Positions 7,974 through 15,600 of a DNA stretch of 38,009 nt are shown piece by piece (the first letter of the stretch is position 1; each line of letters begins with the position of its first letter). The stretch lies in IMG/VR virus record IMGVR_UViG_3300021476_000011, positions 1-38,009 of that record; one strand, given 5' to 3'. The position numbers and the translations under genes were made by a program. The DNA is from a virus (lineage: Duplodnaviria; Caudoviricetes). The notes below the pieces were generated by a model that made no database searches, had not been told where the DNA came from, and saw only the letters and a list, made by a program, of their open reading frames with translations.

Positions 7974-8107
7974 TACCGCACCTCCAGGTACATCTCGATG
8001 CGGCAGAGTGTGGCCCACGCCTCGTTCAGGCCGCTGGTCCGTAGGACCTCCGCGGCCGCCCGACGGATCATCTCGATGGCGTCCATCCGCGCCAGTTGCT
8101 GCTTTGC
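7886..8107 (+). repeat. About 222-bp direct repeat, copy 2
   Basis: Matches 7228-7450. Confidence 0.95.
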
Positions 8108-8116
8108 CGTTCCCAT
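7973..8116 (-). CDS. Small helical protein, copy 2 (47 aa, MGTAKQQLARMDAIEMIRR...)
   Basis: Paralog of 7316-7459; ATG lies 6 nt after a TACAAT -10 (leaderless). Confidence 0.75.
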   Translation of the reverse strand: MGTAKQQLARMDAIEMIRRAAAEVLRTSGLNEAWATLCRIEMYLEVR

Positions 8117-8122
8117 GATTTT

Positions 8123-8214
8123 ATTGTATGCTTGCGTGCGCACGTATGCAAGTGTTATTTTCCCAAAAATGCTGACGTTGCGTGCGCTCGAAAGCAATGC
8201 TATACTGGCCCGCA
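8123..8214. promoter_or_regulatory. Divergent promoter/operator region 2
   Basis: Minus TTGCAT(8151-8146)-17bp-TACAAT(8128-8123); plus TTGCGT(8178-8183)-17bp-TATACT(8201-8206); repeat TTGCGTGCGCWCG at 8132 and 8178. Confidence 0.8.
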
Positions 8215-8418
8215 ATGGCGACCCGAAAAAGCAAGGCCGCGGTGGCCCTTGCGAAGCGCAGGGCTGCGTCGATGACACCTGAAGAGAGGTCGGAGAGCGC
8301 GCGGGTCGCCGCCGTAGGACGCGCAAAAAAACTCACGAAGAGTGAACGCAGCGAGATTGCGCGCAAGGCCGCCCAGGCCAGGTGGCGCAAGAAGAGGCGT
8401 GAGGACAAGCAGGCATGA
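8215..8418 (+). CDS. Small basic repeat protein, candidate nucleic-acid binder (67 aa)
   Basis: Two units MTPEERSESARVAA / LTKSERSEIARKAAQARW; ATG 8 nt after the -10. Confidence 0.8.
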   Translation: MATRKSKAAVALAKRRAASMTPEERSESARVAAVGRAKKLTKSERSEIARKAAQARWRKKRREDKQA

Positions 8419-8657
8419 TCTGGCTGGCGTTGTTCGTGATTCTGCTGTTCGCGGTGGGGACTCTTTGGGGCAGACACGCTGCCGCGCGGCTCGTCATCAT
8501 TCTCTTTTGCGGGTCATTGATCGTGGCCGCTGTTGCGATCGCGATATCGTGGCTGGCGGGCGCGACGGATTCACAACGGGGTCTAGCCGCAGCCGCGGCG
8601 GGGACTCTTGCCGTAGAGATCTGGGCGTGGCGCAAGAAGAGCCGCAAGGCGGGCTAA
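8415..8657 (+). CDS. Small membrane protein, about 3 TM segments (80 aa)
   Basis: Three hydrophobic stretches, basic C-tail, ATGA overlap. Confidence 0.75.
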   Translation: MIWLALFVILLFAVGTLWGRHAAARLVIILFCGSLIVAAVAIAISWLAGATDSQRGLAAAAAGTLAVEIWAWRKKSRKAG

Positions 8658-8676
8658 TGCCCAGGAGACCTGAGAG

Positions 8677-8709
8677 CATTGTGCGCGGTCGCGCACTAAC
8701 GTAGAGGAT
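8677..8709 (+). repeat. 33-bp hairpin-containing direct repeat, copy 1
   Basis: CATTGTGCGCGGTCGCGCACTAACGTAGWGGAT; copy 2 at 9216-9248; stem GTGCGC/GCGCAC. Confidence 0.92.
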
Positions 8710-8921
8710 AGGAAGTTGACTGAATTTCGCCTGCCGTTTCACAGCCGGACGCCCGAGCGGGGAGTTCAGCGGCCATTACGGTGTGCCCGCTGCAGGCTGG
8801 TGATCGTTGTGTTTTGCGGGTCAGTGATCACCGTCGGCGCCGTGATCAGACCCACATCGCGCCCGAATACCGCGAGTTCCACGGCCGACTCCGCTGCCCG
8901 AAACGGAGGAAATGAGGGCCA

Positions 8922-9134
8922 GTGACCACCAAAGAGCACCTGTCGAAGCACGATCGCGAGATCGCGGAGATCCGCGAAAACAACAAAGCCACCAGCGTGC
9001 TGATCAGGCAGACCATGATCCTGGTCAACCGCAACACGCGCGACATTCGGACTCTGGCGGCGAAGATCGACGATTTCGTCGACTCCCTCCGGCGCGGCGG
9101 AACCAACGGCCACCCGAAGCGCAGAATTCAGTAG
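8922..9134 (+). CDS. Small coiled-coil protein (70 aa)
   Basis: Heptad pattern HDREIAEIRE...DIRTLAAKIDDFVDSLRR; GAGG RBS. Confidence 0.75.
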   Translation: MTTKEHLSKHDREIAEIRENNKATSVLIRQTMILVNRNTRDIRTLAAKIDDFVDSLRRGGTNGHPKRRIQ

Positions 9135-9151
9135 TCCATGCAAACCAGCCG

Positions 9152-9169
9152 TGTCAATGATCATTGACA
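9152..9169. promoter_or_regulatory. Perfect 18-bp palindrome, operator-like
   Basis: TGTCAATGATCATTGACA. Confidence 0.6.
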
Positions 9170-9182
9170 AGCCCCACACACT

Positions 9183-9214
9183 AGCTGACGGCTGAACGCT
9201 GAACGCTGAAAGCT
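9183..9214 (+). repeat. Heptamer tandem repeat NGCTGA(A/C) x4.5
   Basis: agctgac ggctgaa cgctgaa cgctgaa agct; same family as 474-505. Confidence 0.9.
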
Positions 9215-9215
9215 C

Positions 9216-9248
9216 CATTGTGCGCGGTCGCGCACTAACGTAGTGGAT
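9216..9248 (+). repeat. 33-bp hairpin-containing direct repeat, copy 2
   Basis: One mismatch to 8677-8709. Confidence 0.92.
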
Positions 9249-9386
9249 GAGAGGAGGAGGGTCGGGGGTAGGGGCCTGTGCTGAGTTTCACCGCTGCACT
9301 TCGCCCGCACAAGTCCCAGGCCAGGGTCTGCCACACTGGAGGTTCCTCCTCGAGGTCGAAAAAGTGATCCGGATTCGAGGAGATCA

Positions 9387-9433
9387 CGCCCCGCAAAAAA
9401 CCGTGAGACCTGAGTATTACATTCTCGTGGGAC
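9387..9433 (+). repeat. 47-bp direct repeat, copy 1
   Basis: CGCCCCGCAAAAAACCGTGAGACCTGAGYATTACATTCTCGTGGGAC; copy 2 at 10059-10105. Confidence 0.95.
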
Positions 9434-9852
9434 AAACTCCCGTACCGGTTGAGCCGTGCGATCCCTATACGCCGGAGGGGCGGAAGGGCCTCCTGGAGTG
9501 GGGACGCTGGTTCGAGCATGCGGACAGGCATGTGGCGCGCACAGTCCTGTCCCTCGGTCTTTGCGAAGTGTCCACCATTTTTCTCGGGCTCGATCATAAC
9601 TATGCTTTCACTCCGAACGATCCGATTCTCTTCGAGACGATGGCATTCTGGCGGCCGTGCGCTTCCAGCTCTCACCAGGTGCGCTGCTCCAGCTGGTTGG
9701 AGGCCGAGCAACAGCACGCGGCCATCGTGCGCGAGTGCCAGCGGCTGCGGGTGATCATTGCGTGTCTCGCAAGCGCCCTCGGCGAGTGGCTGCATTGCAG
9801 ACGCATGGCGCTTGGTCTGTGGCTCGCCCGCCTAGTCCGCAAAATTCTTTGA
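9403..9852 (+). CDS. Conserved-looking phage hypothetical protein (149 aa from GTG 9403)
   Basis: YYIL...LLEWGRWFE..DRHVART...VSTIFLGLDH...PILFETM pattern; start uncertain. Confidence 0.7.
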   Translation: MRPEYYILVGQTPVPVEPCDPYTPEGRKGLLEWGRWFEHADRHVARTVLSLGLCEVSTIFLGLDHNYAFTPNDPILFETMAFWRPCASSSHQVRCSSWLEAEQQHAAIVRECQRLRVIIACLASALGEWLHCRRMALGLWLARLVRKIL

Positions 9853-10058
9853 AAATCGCCCGGATGCCGCGCAAAACGTGGCGGGCTGTGCTGCGAGGCC
9901 GTACGCCATGCACAGCGCGGCGGATAAGAGTCTGATGTGTGGGACTGGCGGGTGGGCTGAATTCTCGCCACGGCACCCGTTTCAAGCGGGGACGTATCAG
10001 CCCATTGGCTAGAACCATTATGTGCCCGCTCCGTGCCCTCTTCTCATCAAATGTAAAG

Positions 10059-10105
10059 CGCCCCGCAAAAAACCGTGAGACCTGAGCATTACATTCTCGT
10101 GGGAC
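10059..10105 (+). repeat. 47-bp direct repeat, copy 2
   Basis: One mismatch to 9387-9433. Confidence 0.95.
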
Positions 10106-10301
10106 GGGTGACCCGCAAAATTTTTTCGAACGCCCCCATTCCGCTGCACCTTTGTGCGCGGCCCAACCGCCTCCTGACACCCCAAAAGCGGCTCTAACTC
10201 GTGCGGCTCCTACGGCTTAGACCGCCCAAAAACTTCTGATTGTGGGCAGGCTCAGACGAAGCGCGCCGCGCGCGTGCTGTCAGCGAGGTAGCGGAGGGAA
10301 G

Positions 10302-10892
10302 CTATTGGGGTTTTTGGGCACCCCCCAACAGGCGCTGGAGGGTTGCACGGGCGATCCCCAGCTTGCGCGCGATCGCCACCTGGGACATTCCGGCGGCGTG
10401 CAGCTCGAGCGCATGGTCGCGGCGGAACACGCGCCGCGGCCGGCCGCCGCAGCGCCCCCGGTGACGCGCAGCCTTGAGGCCTGCCATCACACGCTCCCGC
10501 GTCAGCTCGCGCTCGAATTCCGCGACCGCCGCCAGGATGTGCAGCAGCAGCCGCGTGGTGGGATTAGATGCGTCGGTGTCGATGGATTGCGACACCGCGA
10601 CGAAGCGCACGCCCCAGGTCGCGAGATCGCCCAGCGCCTCGACCAGGTTGAGGACCGAGCGCCCGAAGCGGTCCAGCTTCCACACCACGATGCCATCGAC
10701 CCGGTGCTCGCGCGCGGCTGCCATGAGCTTGTCCAATTCCGGCCGCGACTTCTTCGCCCCGCTCCATCCCGTGTCCACGTACTCGCCCGCGATCTCCCAA
10801 CCGCGGCGGGCGCTGTACTCGCGCAGCTCCCGCAACTGCATTTCACAGTTTTGATCGGTCGTCGAGACGCGCGCGTAGATAGCGACTTTCAT
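10302..10892 (-). CDS. Serine recombinase, resolvase/invertase family (196 aa)
   Basis: MKVAIYARVST (catalytic Ser), VWKLDRFGRS, AEFERELTRERV, GGRPR and C-terminal HTH; GGGGAG RBS. Confidence 0.95.
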   Translation of the reverse strand: MKVAIYARVSTTDQNCEMQLRELREYSARRGWEIAGEYVDTGWSGAKKSRPELDKLMAAAREHRVDGIVVWKLDRFGRSVLNLVEALGDLATWGVRFVAVSQSIDTDASNPTTRLLLHILAAVAEFERELTRERVMAGLKAARHRGRCGGRPRRVFRRDHALELHAAGMSQVAIARKLGIARATLQRLLGGAQKPQ

Positions 10893-10954
10893 GAGGCTCA
10901 CTCCCCCTAAACAGGTTGACAACAACAACGTAATCTGTCAAGATTAAAACAACC

Positions 10955-11155
10955 ATGACCACCGAAGAAAAGCTGGATAAGCTCGTCAGCATCGTGAACA
11001 CCCTCGCCGAAACCGTCGTGCACCATGACAATCAGATCGACGCGCTGATCAAGGTCGGGGAACGCCACGAGGAACAGATTCAGAACGTTCAACGACAGGT
11101 CGAAAATCTGGTGCGCGAGTGGCAAGCCTACCTGCGCACCCTCCGGCCCCAGTAA
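10955..11155 (+). CDS. Small coiled-coil protein (66 aa)
   Basis: Heptad pattern throughout; similar style to 8922-9134. Confidence 0.8.
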   Translation: MTTEEKLDKLVSIVNTLAETVVHHDNQIDALIKVGERHEEQIQNVQRQVENLVREWQAYLRTLRPQ

Positions 11156-11176
11156 GACGCTAATTAGACTCTAGCT

Positions 11177-11362
11177 ATGCCCTCCAAACTTCTCTCCGAC
11201 GCCGCGCGCCGCATGAACGCCGCGCGCAAAACGCACGGCGCCGGCTCCGGGAAGCGTTCGGGCAAGCCACGCTGCCCCTGCGGCGCCATGACCCTCAAGC
11301 GCGCGCGCGCCCGCGGGCGCACCTTCGAGCACGAGCCCTCCTGCACGTTCTATCCACATTAG
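11177..11362 (+). CDS. Small basic Cys/His protein (61 aa)
   Basis: RCPCGAMT...HEPSC; TAGACT 6 nt before ATG suggests a leaderless start. Confidence 0.65.
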   Translation: MPSKLLSDAARRMNAARKTHGAGSGKRSGKPRCPCGAMTLKRARARGRTFEHEPSCTFYPH

Positions 11363-11401
11363 GAAACTGCTAACATCAATCCGCAGAGGGGAGAAATCAG
11401 C

Positions 11402-11773
11402 ATGACGCTGAATGCGCAATTTTGCCAGCTTGGGCAATACGTCGTACCGGTGGACTCGATTTTGTCCATCGACTTGAACCACGCGCGTGATGCGGGTGGC
11501 ACAAACGTGAGAGTGTGGCTGCGGGCGCAAGGCTCGAACCTGTTCCCGGCCATGCAAAACACTGGCGCAGATCAGACGCCCAACTACTACGACTTTTTGG
11601 GCGCGCACGCGCAAAACATCCGCCGCTGGGCCGCCGCGCAGTCCAAGCAGGGCGGTCTGACCGTGATCCTCAGCGCGATCGAGGAAGCCGCTGCCGCAAC
11701 GCAGACGCCAGCGCCCAGAAGCGCGCGGCGCCCTGCGCGCAAGAAGGCGCCGACGGAGAAAGCCGCCGCCTGA
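11402..11773 (+). CDS. Hypothetical protein (123 aa)
   Basis: GGGGAG RBS; Ala/Lys/Arg-rich tail; converges on the end of the late operon. Confidence 0.75.
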   Translation: MTLNAQFCQLGQYVVPVDSILSIDLNHARDAGGTNVRVWLRAQGSNLFPAMQNTGADQTPNYYDFLGAHAQNIRRWAAAQSKQGGLTVILSAIEEAAAATQTPAPRSARRPARKKAPTEKAAA

Positions 11774-11780
11774 GCTTAGC

Positions 11781-11939
11781 TCACCGGTCGTAGTCTTTCG
11801 CGGCCAGCAGCCCGGCGGCGGTGAGCGCCGCCGCGGTCTGCTGAATCTTGGACTGCAGCCCGGCCGGCGCCCAAATCTGCCCCAGAGCCATGGCCAGCGC
11901 GAGCGCGCCCAGCAGGTTGGTCTTCCAGTTCGGCTTCAT
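11781..11939 (-). CDS. Small two-helix membrane protein, holin-like candidate (52 aa)
   Basis: Not in ORF track; MKPNWKTNLLGALALAMALGQIWAPAGLQSKIQQTAAALTAAGLLAAKDYDR; last gene of the late operon. Confidence 0.65.
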   Translation of the reverse strand: MKPNWKTNLLGALALAMALGQIWAPAGLQSKIQQTAAALTAAGLLAAKDYDR

Positions 11940-11951
11940 GTAATTCTTGAA

Positions 11952-12362
11952 CTATTTCCGCAGCGCCGGCTGTGGTGTGGTCGCGCTCGGCGGGTTCTGT
12001 GCCAGTGTGTTGGCGTAGGCTTTGCCGGCCAGATACGCTGCCGCGCCGCCCGACACAATGGCGGTGACCAGCTTGAGAGCCTTGGAAGCCGGCTTCGCCT
12101 GCCGGATGGCGTAAATCCCCGCGACGCCGGCGAGCATCAGCCCGCCCTGCTCCGCGGGAGTGATCCGGTACTGCTTGCCGCCTACGGTGGCCACCCAGTC
12201 GGTTTTCGCGCTGGCGACCGACGCGCCGATCAGCGCAATCACCGGAGCGTTGTACGGATCCACGACGAAAGCCAGCGGGTTGTACGGTTGCGGAGCTGGT
12301 GTCTGCGCACCAGCGCAGGCGCACAGCAACGGAATGGCGATGAGAGATCGGGGTATGGTCAT
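11952..12362 (-). CDS. Exported/membrane protein (136 aa)
   Basis: AAGGA RBS; signal peptide ...LLCACAGA|Q; two further Gly/Ala-rich hydrophobic helices. Confidence 0.75.
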   Translation of the reverse strand: MTIPRSLIAIPLLCACAGAQTPAPQPYNPLAFVVDPYNAPVIALIGASVASAKTDWVATVGGKQYRITPAEQGGLMLAGVAGIYAIRQAKPASKALKLVTAIVSGGAAAYLAGKAYANTLAQNPPSATTPQPALRK

Positions 12363-12393
12363 GCGGGTCCTTCGTACTACGTAATGGTTGAGG

Positions 12394-12425
12394 TTTTGGG
12401 AAAGGAGGATTTTGGGAAAGGAGGA
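12394..12425 (+). repeat. 16-bp tandem duplication
   Basis: TTTTGGGAAAGGAGGA x2. Confidence 0.9.
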
Positions 12426-12435
12426 CGGTGGTGTC

Positions 12436-12600
12436 TTAGCTGGTGAGGACCTTGGCCCTGCTGTTGCGTCTCAGGTTCTCGAGCACTTGGTAGCTGAGCC
12501 GTTCCGCGCGCCGGTCATCTTCCAGCTTCTTTTGCCGCTCCGCGGGAGATTGTGGCGTCGTAGATTTTCCGTGATATATCCCCGTTTTGGTAGGCTTCAT
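12436..12600 (-). CDS. Small charged helical protein overlapping the zeta-domain 3' end, candidate antitoxin/immunity (54 aa)
   Basis: Not in ORF track; MKPTKTGIYHGKSTTPQSPAERQKKLEDDRRAERLSYQVLENLRRNSRAKVLTS; purine-rich GAAAGAGAGAG before ATG. Confidence 0.5.
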   Translation of the reverse strand: MKPTKTGIYHGKSTTPQSPAERQKKLEDDRRAERLSYQVLENLRRNSRAKVLTS

Positions 12601-15600
12601 TGGCTCTCTCTTTCACTATAGCGCGAAGCGTATGCGCATCGGGCGCCGCCGGCAGATCCTCGAGATTGACCAACTGCTGCATGCCCGGGCCACTGCTGTT
12701 GTCGATCACCGTCATGTGGAAATTCGGATTGCCCTTGTACTTTTCGGCGAGCTGCTGCATGGAATTTCGCACGTCCACATGCTGCTCGACAAACCTGTCA
12801 ATCGGGTACGTGCGCCCCGAGCCGAATTTTTGCTCCTGGCTTACCGCCCGACCGAGCACGCCCTCGAATGCCCCCTCGGGATCGCGATACACGTAGACCA
12901 CATGAGCCTGCTTCCCCGCCGCCAGAGCCTGATCGATCCTCTTGGTTGCGCTGGCGGCCGACGCAAGGGTGCCATCGTAGACCATTTGCGCGGAGCTTTT
13001 AGCCGGCAGCCCTGCGATTGCCGTGGTTTTGCCGGAGCCTGGGCCGCCGGCCGTGAACAGCACGGTGTTGTCTGCTCCGGGGGGCGCCTGCTTCGCCAGT
13101 TCCTCGCGGTATATCTGCTTCACCAGCCAGCTCGCGCCTTCATGCACGGGGATCGACGCGGCGGCGCGATCGCGCAGGTAATCCGGCGAAAGTTCCTTGG
13201 CATCGTCGGTGCTGAGCATGGTGCCGAACCGGCGCCGGTATTCGGCTTTCATCCCCTCGGGATCCGCCGCGATCTGCTGGTTGAATCGCGCCTCGATGGC
13301 GCGCTCCTCCGGCGTCATCGGAAATTCGGTGGGGGAAATGTCGGGGACTGCAGTTGCGCTGGAGGGTTCGCCGCCGAAGTGCTCCCCGAAAGATTGCTGA
13401 GGAGTCGATTGGCCGAACATGGTTGGTGCGCGGTCGTTCACGTAGCCGCGCACCGCGCGCACCAAATCGTTAGGCTTGGAGTCGCGCAGCAGTTCCGCCA
13501 TCTGCACGGCTTGTGGACTCCATTCCGGCGCTCCGCCGAACAGCCCCTGCTGGCTGACCACATCGCCCAGGTTCTTGATCCCGTGCGCCTGCGCGTATTC
13601 GAGCAAATCCACGCCCTCGCGGATGGCGGGTGTGATGTCCCACTGCGGATCGTCGCGGACCTTGGCCAGCGGCGCCGCCAGGCGCTCCAGTTTGCCCTTG
13701 ATAGCGGCCGGCGTGCGCGCAATCTGGTCCGAATCGCGGAAAAACTGCCCCACCATGGCTTTGTTGATCCGGTCTCTGGCAAGCTGCGTCAGCGCGCCCG
13801 TTTTGCCGTCCATGAGCGCAGGCCTTTCCTGCTCGCTGAAAAAGCCGTCGGAAATCAGGCGGTTCACGATGGCCGTTCCGGACTTCCCCGTAAGCGCATC
13901 ATTGAGCGTTGCGTCTGGGCCGGCCTGGTCGATCGCGGAAGCAATATGCTGCAGCGAATCGTCCCCGAGTTGGCCGGCGTCGGCCGCGGCGCGCTCCGCG
14001 GCCGATAGCTGCGCCGTTCCGCTCACGTTGGTTTTCCGGATTACGTAGTTGGCGCCCCCAGGCAGAGACTGCAGTTCCGAATCGGGCACCACGCGCACCA
14101 GGACCGGTTGTTTCAGGGCTTGAACCTGCGCCGGATCTATGCCGAACTGCTGGGCCTTCTGTAGGAGCAGATTGCGATAAGCGGTAGCTCCCGCCGCGCC
14201 GCGGTCGTAGACGCGCTGCAGGATCATGGCGCGGCCGTTGCCTCCCAGCGCATTGCCCGCTTCGTCAATGACGACGGGTCCGTTGGTGGCGTCGGGGTTG
14301 TCGGTGATGTGGTAGCGCGGGTTGAATTGCTGTTCCCCGCTGTTCAGGACGATGCGCTGCTGGTTTTCGGGATTGGAGTAATTGCGCTCGTTGTGGAGTT
14401 GGTATCGGGGGTTGGGCGAGAAGGTGGTGCCGTTGTGTGACGGTTGAACGTCCGCGAGTTCTCTTACCTCATACCGCGCGGAAAGCGCACGATCTTCGCC
14501 CGGGATGAGGATTTCCGTCTGTTGGCCAGGGAGAGATCCCGCGCCTGGCGCGCCCGCTCCATAAGCCTGGCTCCCGCTTCGAGCTGCTCCGGAGTCCAGC
14601 GGGCCAGTTGCTCCCGTGTCCAATTGTTGGGTCGTGGTTGCTGCTGCATTGGGTATCGCCTCCGCGGCTGCGGTAGTTCCGTTCTCATCATACAGTGACT
14701 TCAGCTTGAGAAGCGCTGCCTGAATGGTACTGGGAGATGGATCGTTCACCCGCGCGCCCTTGGCTGCCGCTGTCCATTGCTCGGGTGTCATGTTGGAGGC
14801 ATCCTTGTACGAGATGCCCTGCCCTGCCTCGATCTCGCCGTTCGCGTTGTACAGGAAATTGGCCAGCGCATCGGCTTTCTTGCCGCGCGCCGCTCCCGCG
14901 TAGTCCCGCGGTTGTGGCGCGGCAGCTTCGGTTTGCGGCTGCCACGATTCCGGGAGGTTGGAGACGTCAGGCGCAGCGGCCGGCTTCTGCTTGTTGAGCG
15001 CGGCGATTTCTTCGTCGGTCAGCGCCGCGGGGTTGTAGTCCGAGCGATACTGTCCCATATCGCCCATCGAAGATCCGGGGACCGGGCGGACGGTCTCGGT
15101 AGCGGGCTTCCATTTGTCCGCGCCCGCGAGAGCCTGCCCATTCACGAATTGAGGCCCGGACGGTGCCGGTGCTGCCGGTGCAGGTTGAGCCAGAGGCGGC
15201 CGCACTGGTTGCGGCTTGGGAGTTGCGGCTGCCGGTGTAGGAGTTGTAGGTGTAGGTGTAGGAGTAGGAGTTGTAGGTTGAGGAGCCGCCGCGGGCGCCG
15301 CGGTGCGCTGCGGCGCTTCCCCCGCATTGATGCGATCGGCCAGGCTGCGCACAGTGGCCTGATCGCCAGCACTCAACGCTTCGAAATCCTTGCCGCCGAA
15401 TCCCTGCGCCAGGCCATCCAGCAATTCCTGATCTTCGGCCGGCGCCGGGGCCGATAGCGCCCGGCCGACCTTCTGCGCCACGCGCAGCGCATGCGCCGCG
15501 CGCGGATTAACCATGCCGACCAGGTCCGGCGCGAGGTCCGATAGCCCCCTGCTCTTCTTGAGCAGCGCCATGGCCGCGCCGGCTGCCGGCGGGATGAGCG

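Noticed and set aside
7228-8107. Diversity-generating retroelement TR/VR pair
   Set aside because: Differences are not confined to adenines on one strand, are mostly silent and include an indel; no reverse transcriptase in the genome
8677-10105. CRISPR or mini-CRISPR array
   Set aside because: Each repeat has only two copies, 539 and 672 bp apart, far beyond spacer length; no cas genes
10188-10226. Integron attC site (CTCTAAC...CTTAGAC hairpin)
   Set aside because: Right end lacks GTTRRRY, the element is too short, and the tyrosine recombinase shows no IntI-specific insertion
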